A stretch of 64,000 nucleotides of DNA from Fibrobacterota bacterium (GCA_051745755.1 JBNJEI010000006.1:1-64000); one strand, 5' to 3'; shown: positions 50,010-61,164, counted from the first letter of the stretch. Notes: generated by a model from the sequence alone, not told the origin. A program made the numbers and translations.

Positions 50010-50974
50010 AGCACCTCTTTTATACGGTCAATCATACGATGTTTTGCCTGATCCAGAGAAATATCCCGGAGATCACAGCCTGCTGCACAGCTGTGGCCGC
50101 CTCCACCCGGAACACCTGCCGCAATGGCGCCCACATCAACAGTGCCGTCTGAGCGAAATGAGAAGTGAATTGAAGAATCCTTCTTTTTAATAAGCATGCT
50201 GACTCTGACACCTTCGGCATTTTTTGCAACGTCGGCCATCCCTTCCGTGTCACCGCGATCGGCTCCAAGCACTGATATCCGCTGGGCATCCATGGACATA
50301 ACTGCGATACGGCCGTTTTCAAAAAACTCAAGGGTGGACCAGATTTCTGCACGGAGTTTCATTGCCTGAATGGAATGTGAAGAAAAGAGCTTTTTGTATA
50401 CCGCTACATTCCGGGCCCCGTTATCAATAAGGACAGCTGCATCGCGAAGGAGTTCTGCAGTGGTGTTTTCAAACTGAAATCCCCCGGTATCTGCAAGTAT
50501 CCCCGCATAAAGAGCATCGGCCACAAAGGGGGGGTAGTCGATATTTCCCTCCGCAAAAAGCCTGGTGATAATCTGACAGGTTGCGGCAGCATGGGGGTCA
50601 ACAATGTTGAGGGTGCCGAAATTACTGTTGTCCCGATGGTGATCAATGTTTATACTGTTTGAATAATACTTTTCTGCATCTTCCCAGTCTATACGGTTGA
50701 GGTTTGAGGAGTCAAGTATAATAAGAGTATCAACAGCAGCCCTGGGAGGACTGGCGGAAATTTTATCGGTGTTTTGTATAAATGAAAATTTCCGGGGAAC
50801 CTCATCGGTATTATAGAGTTGCACGTCCTTGTTAAAATAGGAAGATATCAGCCAGTACATTGCCGTCTGAGCGCCGATATTATCAGCATCCTGACTGATA
50901 TGAGAGGTGATACAGAAGGTGGTGTTGTCCCTGATGTGCTGCGCCAGTTTATTCCAGGTCATCTTGTATGTCAT
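50006..50974 (-). CDS. DHH/DHHA1 phosphoesterase (NrnA-like bifunctional oligoribonuclease / pAp phosphatase)
   Basis: TSHISQDADNIGA, DHH (IDHHRDN) and a DHHA1 GGGH motif (GGGGHSCAAG) are present. It overlaps truB by 4 nt (ATGA). The start is ambiguous between 50974 and 50962. Confidence 0.7.
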   Translation of the reverse strand: MTYKMTWNKLAQHIRDNTTFCITSHISQDADNIGAQTAMYWLISSYFNKDVQLYNTDEVPRKFSFIQNTDKISASPPRAAVDTLIILDSSNLNRIDWEDAEKYYSNSINIDHHRDNSNFGTLNIVDPHAAATCQIITRLFAEGNIDYPPFVADALYAGILADTGGFQFENTTAELLRDAAVLIDNGARNVAVYKKLFSSHSIQAMKLRAEIWSTLEFFENGRIAVMSMDAQRISVLGADRGDTEGMADVAKNAEGVRVSMLIKKKDSSIHFSFRSDGTVDVGAIAAGVPGGGGHSCAAGCDLRDISLDQAKHRMIDRIKEVL

Positions 50975-51308
50975 CCAGGATGGAAGTAATATTTTCCCAG
51001 TTTTCGTAGGATAGATCCGCTTTAAAAAGAAGACGGGGAAAATGTTTAATGCGGATTCGTTTTGATACCTCACGCTGAATAAAGGGGGCGGCAGAATTGA
51101 GAACCTTTACCGCCTCTTCCTTTATTTCAATCCCGTCAACGGCGGAAATAAAAACCGTGGCATTGCGGGTATCCGGCGACAGTTTTATATCGGGTATGGT
51201 AATAAAATCCGGAAGTCGGGGGTCTTTCACCCGATTGGTTATGACCCAGAGAATCTCCCGCCGAAGATTCTCCTTCACCCGTTTATTATGCCATTTATGT
51301 GCAGCCAT
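50949..51308 (-). CDS. rbfA: Ribosome-binding factor A
   Basis: 119 aa: ...RVKENLRREILWVITNRVKDPRL..., a KH-like RbfA. Confidence 0.8.
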   Translation of the reverse strand: MAAHKWHNKRVKENLRREILWVITNRVKDPRLPDFITIPDIKLSPDTRNATVFISAVDGIEIKEEAVKVLNSAAPFIQREVSKRIRIKHFPRLLFKADLSYENWENITSILDDIQDDLE

Positions 51309-51313
51309 TCAGA

Positions 51314-53716
51314 TTACCCCTCAAGGCTGGTGCGTTCAATTTCAATTTCCCGATAGGCTTCTATCCTGTCACCGGTCTGATACTGGGTAACACCCTTGAG
51401 GATAATACCGCAATCATATCCTGCATGTACTTCCTTTGCCTTGTCTTTTCCGCGCTGCAGTGAGTCTATGGTGGTTTCCTTGACAATCACATCATCCCGA
51501 ACCAGGCGTATCCGTGAATCCCGGGTGATCTTGCCCTCAATAACATGGCATCCGGCAATCTGCCCGATTTTTGACACCTTGAAGATATCCCTGACTTCTG
51601 CTACGCCGAGAGCTTCCTCTTCCACCTTTGGTGCAAGCATGCCGATCATGGCTTTTTTCACATCATCAATGGCTTCATAAATGACAGGATAGGTACGGAT
51701 CTCAACACCGGCCTGCTTTGCATGCTCTTTTATCTTGGGATTGGGACTGATGTGGAATCCGACAATAATGCCATGGGAAGCCTGGGCGAGCATAATATCC
51801 GCCTCGGTTACTCCACCCACACCCTGGTGAATCACCGTAACCTTTACCTCCTCTGTGGAGAGCTCCTCAAGAGACGCGGCAAGGGCCTGTACAGAGCCGT
51901 CCACATCACCTTTTACGATGACATTAAGACGCTGAACCTCGCCGGCTTTGATGGTGTCATAGAAATTATCCAGAGATACGGTATTGCGGTAGCGCATTTC
52001 ACGCTCCTTTTCAGCAAGACGGCGCTTCAGCGCAATTTCACGCGCTTCCTTGTCTGTTGCGGTAACCCGAAAGGAGTCACCCGCCTGAGGGGTTCCGGAA
52101 AGCCCCAGAACAATCACCGGTTGTGAGGGACCTGCTTCTTCCACCTTTTGCCCGTGATCATCGAGAAGTTCCCGTACGCGGCCGCTGTGATTGCCTGTTA
52201 CAAAGGGGGCACCCTTTTTCAGGACGCCTTTTTTTACCAGTATCGTGGCAATGGCGCCCCGGCCGGGATCCAGTTCTGATTCGATTACAACACCGCGGGC
52301 AGCTGTCTCCCGTGGAGCTTTGAGTTCCAGCAGTTCGCTTTCAAGGGCGAGCATTTCCAGAAGTTCGTCAACACCGGCACCGGTTTTTGCTGATATTTCT
52401 ATGCTTGAGATCTGGCCGCCGTAGTCTTCAACAACCACATTATACCCGGCAAGTTCAGATTTGATTTTATCAACATTTGCAGTGGGAAGATCGGTTTTGT
52501 TAATGGCTATAACAATGGGGACATCGGCAGCCCGCGCATGGTCAATAGCCTCTTTTGTCTGGGGCATAACACCCGAATCGGCAGCGACGATAATAACCAC
52601 CACATCGGTGATCTGAGAACCCCGTGCCCGCATTGCCGCAAAAGCTTCGTGACCGGGAGTATCCAAAAAGGTAACGCTGCCCTTTGCCGTTTTTACTTCG
52701 TAGGCAGCAATATGCTGGGTTATTCCACCATGTTCTCCGGATGTTACATTTGTCTTGCGGATATAGTCCAGAAGAGAGGTTTTACCGTGATCAACATGGC
52801 CCATTATTGTGACAACGGGAGCCCGGTGAACCTCTGGAACATTCTCTTCCTCTTCAGCTTCTTCTTCAGTAACTTCAGCAAACTCATCCATAAGTTGAGC
52901 CGTATATCCCCATTCTTCTGCCAGAAGCTGGATTGTATCAAAATCGATACGCTGATTGATGGTTACAAAAAGACCGAGTTCAAGACATTTTGCGATAACC
53001 TTGGAAGGATTGACATCAATCATATTGGCAAATTCATTAATTGAAATAAACTCACTAACGTGGAGGATATTTTCGTTTGCTGCGCCCTCATCTTCTTCAC
53101 GACGTTTCTTTTTGTGTTTTTTCTTTGAACTGCCCGCTCCGATTTTTGCCATGGTCTGTTTGATATTCAGCTGCAGATCCTTTTCGGAATAGGCCGGGGC
53201 TTCCTTTGGTGTATCGTATTTCTTCTTCTTTTTTCTTTTATTCTTTTTTCGTGTATCCTCTTTGGGAGGAACTGCACCGGAGGGAGGGGGTGTGGGAATA
53301 CCCTTCTTGCCACCGACAGCAGGCTTTCCAGCTGCAGGTTTAGGGCCCATGGGCGGCCGTTTTCCGGGGTGAGGCTTTGAGGATGACTGAGGTGAGTGGG
53401 CCTTTTTTGCATCCTTCTGTGGAGTTGCCGCGGTGTCGGCTGCGGCTTTTTCTTCCTTTTCCTTGATTTCTTTTTTTCTGTCCACAGCCCTTCTGCTCCG
53501 TCTGCGGCTCTTGAGACGTTCCTTGCTTTTTGCATATCGTTTCTTAATAGCAGCACGTTCACTGCTTATTTTTTCAAGAACCTGTTTTTTGACGCTTTCA
53601 TCGATGGTGCTGCTGTGTGATTTTGCCGGTACTCCAATGGAACGGAGTATTTGTACCAGGGCATCGCTGGATATTTTTAACTCTTTTGCAAGGGTTGATA
53701 CTCTAATCTTTGACAT
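51314..53716 (-). CDS. infB: Translation initiation factor IF-2
   Basis: 800 aa. The GTPase G1 motif is [12 protein letters not shown] and DTPGHEAF is present. The N-terminal region is Lys/Pro-rich. Confidence 0.9.
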   Translation of the reverse strand: MSKIRVSTLAKELKISSDALVQILRSIGVPAKSHSSTIDESVKKQVLEKISSERAAIKKRYAKSKERLKSRRRSRRAVDRKKEIKEKEEKAAADTAATPQKDAKKAHSPQSSSKPHPGKRPPMGPKPAAGKPAVGGKKGIPTPPPSGAVPPKEDTRKKNKRKKKKKYDTPKEAPAYSEKDLQLNIKQTMAKIGAGSSKKKHKKKRREEDEGAANENILHVSEFISINEFANMIDVNPSKVIAKCLELGLFVTINQRIDFDTIQLLAEEWGYTAQLMDEFAEVTEEEAEEEENVPEVHRAPVVTIMGHVDHGKTSLLDYIRKTNVTSGEHGGITQHIAAYEVKTAKGSVTFLDTPGHEAFAAMRARGSQITDVVVIIVAADSGVMPQTKEAIDHARAADVPIVIAINKTDLPTANVDKIKSELAGYNVVVEDYGGQISSIEISAKTGAGVDELLEMLALESELLELKAPRETAARGVVIESELDPGRGAIATILVKKGVLKKGAPFVTGNHSGRVRELLDDHGQKVEEAGPSQPVIVLGLSGTPQAGDSFRVTATDKEAREIALKRRLAEKEREMRYRNTVSLDNFYDTIKAGEVQRLNVIVKGDVDGSVQALAASLEELSTEEVKVTVIHQGVGGVTEADIMLAQASHGIIVGFHISPNPKIKEHAKQAGVEIRTYPVIYEAIDDVKKAMIGMLAPKVEEEALGVAEVRDIFKVSKIGQIAGCHVIEGKITRDSRIRLVRDDVIVKETTIDSLQRGKDKAKEVHAGYDCGIILKGVTQYQTGDRIEAYREIEIERTSLEG

Positions 53717-53814
53717 AATTTCCTCTCATGAAGAGATGCTTTTTAACTCTCTTTTAAAATACTTATCCGCGTCGAAATCGATATTCCGGCGCTTTTTATA
53801 CCCCGCGCCCGTTT

Positions 53815-54969
53815 CTATGCATTCTCTTCGGCACTACGCTCTTCAGGCGACTCGGCGTCTTCTGCCTGTTTTTCTTCTTCAACGGGAGTCAACAGCTTTT
53901 CTTTTTCTTCCTCATTCAACTCTTCAAATTGATCTTCTCCAAAAATATCTATGTCATAACCGATAAAGCGTGAGGTCAGCTTGACATTTTTCCATTCTTT
54001 ACCAATGGCGCGGGCCAGATCTTCGTCATCAACAATAATGACGATCCTGTTTTCACCCACAGGGATAACACGGTTGATATCCACCGCTGCAAGAGCCCGG
54101 CGGGCCAAAAGGGATATTTCATCGGTCCAGGTCATAATATCCATGCGTTCATTATTGACTTCACGCACAATGGAGCGGATGCGATTCCCCCGCATTCCCA
54201 CACAGGCTCCGACGGGGTCAATGCGGTCATCGTTGGTGTGTACAGCTATTTTGGCCCGATATCCCGGTTCGCGGACAATCTTTGTGATTTTTATGACACC
54301 TTCAAATATTTCAGGCACTTCAATCTCAAAAAGGCGCTCAAGAAACATTTCACTGGTGCGGGAGATAATCACCTGGGCACCCTTTGCATTATCCTTAACA
54401 TCGATTATTACGCCTTTTACGGTACCGCCCTGATGAAATTTTTCACCGCGGATCTGATGGCTTTTGGGAAGGAGGGCTTCGGTTCTTCCCAGATCAATAA
54501 TAATATTCCCCCGCTCTATCTGGCGGATTTTGCCCGTAACCATTTCTCCGATTCGTTCTGAGAAGTCGTCGTATATTTTTGTCCGTTCATGCTCGCGAAT
54601 TCGCTGAATAATTATTTGTTTTGCTATCTGGACAGCGGTTCGTCCAAATTCGGATATATCCAGATTTTCATCAAATACAACTTCGTCGCCTATTTCAAGA
54701 TCGGCATCAACATCTTCCTGCGCTTCGCTGAGAGGAATTTCCTGATAGATGTCCTCCAATTCTTCGTCGGCAACAACTTTCTGGTAGGAGTAGGCAGAAA
54801 TGTCCCCGGTCTCACGATCAATTTCCACACCGATTGCCGGGGCGTTCCTCATACCCTTTCGGGCCGCCTGTGACAGGGCTTCCCTGAGTGAATCCGATGC
54901 AAGCTCCCATGAAATGCTGCGTTCTTTTGTAATGGCTTTTAATCCTTCGATTATTTCGGCGCCATTCAT
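53815..54969 (-). CDS. nusA: Transcription termination/antitermination factor NusA
   Basis: S1 and KH domains are present and the C-terminus is acidic. The start is probably MNGAEIIEGL. Confidence 0.9.
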   Translation of the reverse strand: MNGAEIIEGLKAITKERSISWELASDSLREALSQAARKGMRNAPAIGVEIDRETGDISAYSYQKVVADEELEDIYQEIPLSEAQEDVDADLEIGDEVVFDENLDISEFGRTAVQIAKQIIIQRIREHERTKIYDDFSERIGEMVTGKIRQIERGNIIIDLGRTEALLPKSHQIRGEKFHQGGTVKGVIIDVKDNAKGAQVIISRTSEMFLERLFEIEVPEIFEGVIKITKIVREPGYRAKIAVHTNDDRIDPVGACVGMRGNRIRSIVREVNNERMDIMTWTDEISLLARRALAAVDINRVIPVGENRIVIIVDDEDLARAIGKEWKNVKLTSRFIGYDIDIFGEDQFEELNEEEKEKLLTPVEEEKQAEDAESPEERSAEENA

Positions 54970-55022
54970 TTTAAATTTTCTTTTTCGTACCATTTATACC
55001 TCTCATTTCCTCAGGGTGAGGA

Positions 55023-55472
55023 TTATATATCCAATTTTCCACTTAATATATTATCTATGCTGACCCGCTCTTCTCCGTCTTTGGTTTTGAGAACAAGAGT
55101 ATTGTCATCTATAGAGAGAAGTGTTCCCCGGGCCCGGGAGTCACTTTTTTTTGCATAGTCTTTTTTTCGCAGGCGAAGATCTTTCCCGATGCACTGTTCA
55201 AACTCCCTTTTCTTTGTCAGACACCGGTCAATTCCGGGTGACGACACTTCAAGGGTATAGGGTGTGGTGGAGAAGTCCTGACTGTCAAGATACGCCGAGA
55301 CATCTCTGCTGATAGCAGCACATTCATCAAGGGTTATTCCCTCTGCAGTATCAGCGATGATGCGCAGGATTCTGTTTCCACCTGCGGAAAAATATTTTAT
55401 GTCCGAGATCAGGGCACCACGGGAGCGGGCTGTTTCCTGAATGGAATCTTCAATTTTTTTGTCCAGTTTCAT
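55023..55472 (-). CDS. rimP: Ribosome maturation factor RimP
   Basis: It starts MKLDKKIEDSIQETARSRGALISDIKYF. The RBS is GGAAAGAGG. The track ORF is extended upstream. Confidence 0.8.
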   Translation of the reverse strand: MKLDKKIEDSIQETARSRGALISDIKYFSAGGNRILRIIADTAEGITLDECAAISRDVSAYLDSQDFSTTPYTLEVSSPGIDRCLTKKREFEQCIGKDLRLRKKDYAKKSDSRARGTLLSIDDNTLVLKTKDGEERVSIDNILSGKLDI

Positions 55473-55569
55473 CCTCTTTCCCCCGTAGATTTTTGTATAA
55501 ACAAAGAAAATCGGACAAATGCCCGACTTTTCACAGCTAAATATAATATATGGATGCTTCGGGGTGTAT

Positions 55570-56244
55570 TTATTCTGCTGAATATATTTCAAGCCCCTTT
55601 CGGGCAATTGTGCGGAAATAATACACCCCCGGGGTATGAATGAATGCCAGGTTTTCCGGGAAGGAGGTGGTATCATTGCGGGGTATGAAATCTGTAACCA
55701 CAGTGAGGCGGGGGCGAAGTTCTGTGCGAAGATTGTACACAGTCTCCAGTGAATCGGGTGCTATGAGCACCAATATATCCGGAGGGGTCTGGGAAAAGAA
55801 CTTCTCATGAGCCCTGGATGGGCTGTAAAGCAGCAACACAGTTTCATTCGCTGTTTCCACAATGAGCTTGTTGGTATGATGCCGTATGAGGCCTGCGGGA
55901 GTATGAAGCGTTGAGATTCTGACAGGGGAATCTTCCTTGTGATCTTGGAAATAAAGTTCTGTGGAAGATGTATACTCTATGCGGGGAAAAAATGATTCAT
56001 CCGGCTGTGTCGGTGTCAAAGCAGCCTGAACGTATAGATGGTCGGAATTTTCAAAGCTTGAGGCACGGTACAGATGGAGGAGTGTATTGTCTTTTGTTTT
56101 GATCAAGCGGTATTCTGGATGCTTTCTTCCCGGGTTTGTATATTGCTGGTGGGCATACCATGTAATAAAGGGGGTAACAAGCACCAAAAATATCAGGCGT
56201 ACTTTGTTTGCTTGTGGGGAGATGGGTATGCCGCGTTTTTTCAT
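55570..56244 (-). CDS. Hypothetical secreted or membrane-anchored protein
   Basis: N-terminal hydrophobic segment LIFLVLVTPFITWYA. No recognised domain. Confidence 0.35.
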   Translation of the reverse strand: MKKRGIPISPQANKVRLIFLVLVTPFITWYAHQQYTNPGRKHPEYRLIKTKDNTLLHLYRASSFENSDHLYVQAALTPTQPDESFFPRIEYTSSTELYFQDHKEDSPVRISTLHTPAGLIRHHTNKLIVETANETVLLLYSPSRAHEKFFSQTPPDILVLIAPDSLETVYNLRTELRPRLTVVTDFIPRNDTTSFPENLAFIHTPGVYYFRTIARKGLEIYSAE

Positions 56245-56566
56245 AGGTTTATTGATCCTTGGATATAAAATAATTCAATTCCGGCATAAGAATTAGCTTT
56301 AGAAGAAATAAGACTTGAATTTTATACCCGTGGGGTTATATCTTACTGTGTGGTGGAACGTGAGTGGATGGACGGTTTTTCTCAGTATATGAGCAACAAA
56401 GCATTATATTATATCATGGGTATAACGTAATTGTGGGGTTTTCTTGATAAAAAAACGTATACTCTTGCCATAAATCACAGTGTGATAAAAATGGGTGGTG
56501 TTGTAGTTACATATTTTATATTTATGTGTTGTGAGCAATGAAAGAAATACAAAAATAGGAGTGTTT

Positions 56567-58708
56567 ATGAAACGTTTGTTGTGTGCGTACCTTATTTTGC
56601 TGACCGCAGCATCAGCAGCTTTTGCGTCGCGGGACGATGTAAAGTTAATTAATCGATTTGGGCAGGTTGGGCTGTGGCATACTCATTCTGCAAAAACCCT
56701 TAATCGATACGGGTTGCAGGTGAATTTCTGGGGTGCCTACGGAGAAGACAGCGATTTTCTTCAGAATGCCTGGTATGTTGATGATGATGGAGAGGTGAAC
56801 ACTGCTCGTACGGACTATTTTTACACGGGAAAAATGAACCTTTCCGTTGGGTATGGGCTGACAGATTTCCTTGACTTTTCTGTTATGGTACCTCTCTATT
56901 TTGATGAAGGGCCGGCGGGGGTTGAGGAAGATCCCGAAAGCCCCTCGGGAGAAACGGAGCGGGGATATGGTGATGTTGAGGTTTCAATGAAATTTCAGTA
57001 CCCCCCTTATCCACACCGTGACTTCTTTAAAATGGCCTATCATGGTGGTGTTACCATTCCTTCAGGCCTGGATAACCGCGGGACCTACCCCCGTCATAAT
57101 TACTACTACGATAAAAATACCTCCTATTTCTTTACGAGCGGTTCCCCGGAAGTGGATATGAAAATGCTTTGGACATGGGATTTTCGTGAGCTCTCCGAGG
57201 AATTCCCCGTTCTTTTTCATATAAACTACGGTCTTCGCTGGATTACGGAAGCAGATCTTGATCATATTTTTATGTTTAATGCAGGTCTGGATATTCGACC
57301 CCGGGACTGGCTCAAGATTTTTGTTGACTATAATTCCCAGCCCAGCTTCTCTTCCGTTGAAAGAACTCGGGTAGTTCTAGAGCGGCCCGGCGAACCGGAT
57401 GAGAAAGATACTCTCGGCTTTCGCCATGATCCGATGCGCATATCTCCCGGTCTGGCATTTCTTACCCCAGGCGGTTTCAATTTCAGTGCCGGTGCACAGA
57501 TCAGCCTTGCCAACACGGATGGTCAGTTTTTTACCTCCGGTAATCATTTATACGAGACTGGTGTTGAGCCCAAGGCGCAGTTTGTCGCCTCCCTGGGTTG
57601 GAACGGCCCCGTATATGAAGAGTCAGATCCGGAACCTACCGGAAAGACAGAGCCCCGCGTGTATTCCTGGCCCGGTGCAGAAAGTATAGCCTTCGGACAA
57701 TCCCTGAGTGAAGCAAGTCTGTACGGCGGTTCTGCAGAGATAGACGGCTCCTTTGACTTTGTTCATCCCGATTCAGTTCCCGATGCGGGAACGCGGCAGT
57801 ATTCCGTGAGCTTTACCCCCAATGATACCGTGCATTATGCGGCAGTATTCAATGATGTTTCCGTTGAGGTTGAAAATGTTGAGACATCAGTTGAACACTG
57901 GCCTGAAGCAACCAAAATTACGTACGGTGATGCCCTTGAGGATTCGGAACTTCGCGGGGGCCGTGCCTCTGTGGAGGGTGAATTCTTCTTTGTTGACCCT
58001 GATAAGACACCTGATGCGGGACAAAAGGAGCATGCGGTTCGATTTATGCCTGAAGATACGGTGAATTATACTATTTCCGATCGTGACATTTCCGTGGAAG
58101 TGGAAAAAGCGGTTCCCGAAATAGACAGCTGGCCTAAGGCTGAAACGATAAAGGAAAATAATACACTGGCTGATGTGTCCTTTTCAGGTGGAGATGCTTC
58201 TGTGAGAGGGCGGTTCTCCTTTGTCAATGAAGATAAGGAACTCAGTGAGGGCGTGAGAAATCATGATATGGTATTTACTCCTGATGACAGTGATAATTAT
58301 ACCACCGTTGAGGGCAGCATAGAAGTGGAAGTAGAGCGTGAGGCTCCCCGTGCAGAGAAAATTGAGCGTGGTGCTGTGGTGCTTGAGGGTGTTAATTTTG
58401 AAACAGGAAAGGCTGTCCTGACCTCCGAATCCTACGATATTCTGGATCGGGTTGTGGAGTCCTTGGAAGACTGGCCGGAAATTGAGTTGCGCGTGGAAGG
58501 GCATACGGATGCTACGGGATCCCGTTCTCTGAACCAGCGGCTTTCGTATGAACGGGCTAAGGCTGTGGTTGATTATTTTATTTCCCAGGGAATTGCCGGG
58601 GGCCGTCTTCGCGCAGTGGGCAAAGGTCCCGATGAGCCTGTGGAAAACAATGCCACTGCAGAGGGGCGTGCGGCTAATCGACGTGTCGAACTTCACCGTA
58701 TCGACTGA
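56567..58708 (+). CDS. OmpA-family outer-membrane protein with three tandem Ig-like repeats and a C-terminal OmpA_C peptidoglycan-binding domain
   Basis: The signal peptide is MKRLLCAYLILLTAASAAFA. The OmpA_C domain reads ...LEGVNFETGKAVLT...NRRVELHRID. Confidence 0.7.
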   Translation: MKRLLCAYLILLTAASAAFASRDDVKLINRFGQVGLWHTHSAKTLNRYGLQVNFWGAYGEDSDFLQNAWYVDDDGEVNTARTDYFYTGKMNLSVGYGLTDFLDFSVMVPLYFDEGPAGVEEDPESPSGETERGYGDVEVSMKFQYPPYPHRDFFKMAYHGGVTIPSGLDNRGTYPRHNYYYDKNTSYFFTSGSPEVDMKMLWTWDFRELSEEFPVLFHINYGLRWITEADLDHIFMFNAGLDIRPRDWLKIFVDYNSQPSFSSVERTRVVLERPGEPDEKDTLGFRHDPMRISPGLAFLTPGGFNFSAGAQISLANTDGQFFTSGNHLYETGVEPKAQFVASLGWNGPVYEESDPEPTGKTEPRVYSWPGAESIAFGQSLSEASLYGGSAEIDGSFDFVHPDSVPDAGTRQYSVSFTPNDTVHYAAVFNDVSVEVENVETSVEHWPEATKITYGDALEDSELRGGRASVEGEFFFVDPDKTPDAGQKEHAVRFMPEDTVNYTISDRDISVEVEKAVPEIDSWPKAETIKENNTLADVSFSGGDASVRGRFSFVNEDKELSEGVRNHDMVFTPDDSDNYTTVEGSIEVEVEREAPRAEKIERGAVVLEGVNFETGKAVLTSESYDILDRVVESLEDWPEIELRVEGHTDATGSRSLNQRLSYERAKAVVDYFISQGIAGGRLRAVGKGPDEPVENNATAEGRAANRRVELHRID
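57662..58336 (+). repeat. Three tandem ~72-aa Ig-like (Big-like) repeats within the OmpA-family ORF
   Basis: Each unit follows the pattern WP.AE....L.GG.A.V.G.F.FV.PD..PDAG.....V.F.P.DT.NY......SVEVE, at ORF residues 378-452, 456-526 and 533-602. Confidence 0.55.
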
Positions 58709-58713
58709 TCGGT

Positions 58714-60282
58714 ATGAGAAACCTTCCTGCAGGTATTTTTTTGCTGGTGCTTCCGCTTATCGCGGGGGCACCGCTTTCCTTTACCTCACATCTGCACAGT
58801 ATCAATTCACAGGCCGGATACATGTGGTTCAGAACCCATACGGGGCTGATGTCCCACAGGTTGGCATCGTCATCTGAGAAGAATCTCTCCCTTACTCCAA
58901 CTGACGCGATACCCGGATTTATGCACGCTGTTTCAGAGAACACGTTTCTTCGTATGGAAATCCCTCTTCATGTGGATAATGTACAAAGTGACATCTCTTC
59001 CGAGCGCTATTTCGGTGTGGGTGATATGAGTTTTCAGGCAGATTTTGAACCTTCAGGGGATCTTATTTTTCCTTCCCCGACTTTTCATTTGGGGGTGTCC
59101 CTCCCCACAGGCAGCGGAGCCCATGCAGTGTACCCCCGTTATTTTACGGGGAATATTCCTGCCTATTCTGCCCAGACCCTTAGGATATGTCCCGGAATAT
59201 CCTCCCGGGTTCATCCCTTTGCAGAATTTCCCCTTGAGATGAATATCTCCCTTCAGGGTGATATTGGGGTGGAAGGTACGGATTATATGCGTTTTGGTAC
59301 GGGGCTTTTGTTTCCCCATGACCGCTATCCACTCTCTCTTTTTACGGATCTTGATATATCTGTACAAAGTGATGTTTTCTCCACTGGATATTACTGGGGA
59401 TCCGCTCCTGCTTCTCTTTCAATGGGGGTCTTCTTCCTGCGGGGGAACAATATTATTGAATCCGCTGTGAGCATCGGTCTCAACAGGGACCGATACATGG
59501 AATACAGCAATCCGCTGATGGCGGAATACGGTATCGATTCAGTCAGAATTGTTCCCGATCTGGCCGTGAACCTTTCATATATATTCGGTCTGGGAAGCCG
59601 GTCTGAATCTGATTCCGCACTGCTGTCACATACTGAACCTGACAGCGGGGAAATTAAGGACTTTCTTTCTGTAGATACGGGAGGTGTTTTTTTGAAAACA
59701 GATGATGCTGTTTCCCCTGTTTCAGAAGACGATGCAGAGACGATACTAACCGATACGGTATCCCTGAAGCTGGAAGATATATACGATGAGCCCGTTGCTG
59801 ATGATGATGTCTGTCGTGATTCAGATGAGAATATGGACGAACTGGCCGCATTTATATTCAATAATACACCCTATATGTCCGAAAATGAGGCTGGCTATAC
59901 GAAGCCTCCAATATGCGGGGAGTCTTTGCGGGACACACTTGATCCTGTAGTACTGTACGGAATCCAATTTAATATGGGGAGTGCTGAGATTCGTTCAAAT
60001 ACCCTTTTTCGACTTGATGCCCTCGAAAGAGTTCTCCAGACACATTCTCAGATCAGGGCTGTAATTACAGGATACACCGACGCCAGCGGGAGTTTTGAAC
60101 GAAATAAGGAACTTTCCCGAAAGCGTGCTCAATCTGTCAAAAACGAATTGATACATCGTGGTATTGAAGAGGGGCGCTTAGTTGTTACCGGGCGTGGTCC
60201 TCTTAATCCCGTGGCAGACAACCGGTGCCGTCTCGGGCAGAATATTAACCGTCGTATAGAGCTAACCTTCTACGCGGAATGA
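58714..60282 (+). CDS. OmpA-family outer-membrane protein (porin-like N-domain and OmpA_C)
   Basis: The signal peptide is MRNLPAGIFLLVLPLIAGAP. The C-terminus reads ...NRRIELTFYAE. Confidence 0.7.
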   Translation: MRNLPAGIFLLVLPLIAGAPLSFTSHLHSINSQAGYMWFRTHTGLMSHRLASSSEKNLSLTPTDAIPGFMHAVSENTFLRMEIPLHVDNVQSDISSERYFGVGDMSFQADFEPSGDLIFPSPTFHLGVSLPTGSGAHAVYPRYFTGNIPAYSAQTLRICPGISSRVHPFAEFPLEMNISLQGDIGVEGTDYMRFGTGLLFPHDRYPLSLFTDLDISVQSDVFSTGYYWGSAPASLSMGVFFLRGNNIIESAVSIGLNRDRYMEYSNPLMAEYGIDSVRIVPDLAVNLSYIFGLGSRSESDSALLSHTEPDSGEIKDFLSVDTGGVFLKTDDAVSPVSEDDAETILTDTVSLKLEDIYDEPVADDDVCRDSDENMDELAAFIFNNTPYMSENEAGYTKPPICGESLRDTLDPVVLYGIQFNMGSAEIRSNTLFRLDALERVLQTHSQIRAVITGYTDASGSFERNKELSRKRAQSVKNELIHRGIEEGRLVVTGRGPLNPVADNRCRLGQNINRRIELTFYAE

Positions 60283-60731
60283 TTTGTTCTGTTAAAAAAC
60301 TGCATTGATACAGGGTAACGGTCATCAATAATATATGCGAGGGTCATAATGGGTTTTCCGGCGTCCATGGGCTGGTTTTTCCATCCCGTTTCGGGCGGAG
60401 TGAGGGAAAATCCCTGTATTTCATCTTCTGTTTCCAGTAGAAAATTCCCCAGGATTGTATTGAGTATTTCACCGGTCATGTCCCGGCAGTCCTGTTCAGA
60501 GATACTCTTTTTTTCCGGTATAAGTGCTGTCACCAAGCGAGGTGCCAGGGTGTGAGAAAGCATGAGCCTGACAGAGTATTCTGCGGTTTCATTTTCTGAA
60601 TACAGTTGAATTGTGCTGTAATAGAAGGGAGTCATATTGTGAGAAAACAGGTGCCGGGGATACTCTTCTGCCGCAATAACCTCGCTGAATGCCATGACTT
60701 CAAAGACCTGGGATATCTGGTCTTTCAGCAT
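60270..60731 (-). CDS. CheC/CheX-family CheY-P phosphatase (CheX-like)
   Basis: An ILNTILGN motif and an N-terminal (M)LKDQISQVFEVMAF helix are present. The start choice is ambiguous between 60731 and 60767. Confidence 0.55.
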   Translation of the reverse strand: MLKDQISQVFEVMAFSEVIAAEEYPRHLFSHNMTPFYYSTIQLYSENETAEYSVRLMLSHTLAPRLVTALIPEKKSISEQDCRDMTGEILNTILGNFLLETEDEIQGFSLTPPETGWKNQPMDAGKPIMTLAYIIDDRYPVSMQFFNRTNHSA

Positions 60732-60756
60732 ATGCTTCCTTTTTTTAATACAGGTG

Positions 60757-61164
60757 CTAATATCCATATTCCGAATTTTCCTGAGGAGTGTTGGGCAGTG
60801 CACTGAGATGATTAACAAGCTCCTTCATCTGCTCGTGAGTTACGGGTTTTGTAAGTATATGCGTGATACCCAGCAGGTCAAGATTACGGCGCGCCTCTTT
60901 GTTTCCTGAGCTGGTGATAACGATAATCTGTTTTACGGGATAGGTATTCTCCTTTAGTTTTTCAATGAGAGTGAGCCCATCCATTTCCGGCATGGTGAGG
61001 TCCGTAAAAATATAGTCTGGGTTCACATTCCGGCAGAGATCAAGCACTTCTTTTCCATTGGCTGCTTCAATAAAATTCACATTTTCACAGCCGGACATCT
61101 TCAGTAATTTAATAATAAATGCCCGTGCCAGGGCAGAGTCATCGGAAACAATACAGGTAGTCAT
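60757..61164 (-). CDS. cheY: Chemotaxis response regulator CheY
   Basis: 135 aa: IVSDDS...IFTDLTMPEMDG...VITSS...LTKP. Confidence 0.75.
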   Translation of the reverse strand: MTTCIVSDDSALARAFIIKLLKMSGCENVNFIEAANGKEVLDLCRNVNPDYIFTDLTMPEMDGLTLIEKLKENTYPVKQIIVITSSGNKEARRNLDLLGITHILTKPVTHEQMKELVNHLSALPNTPQENSEYGY

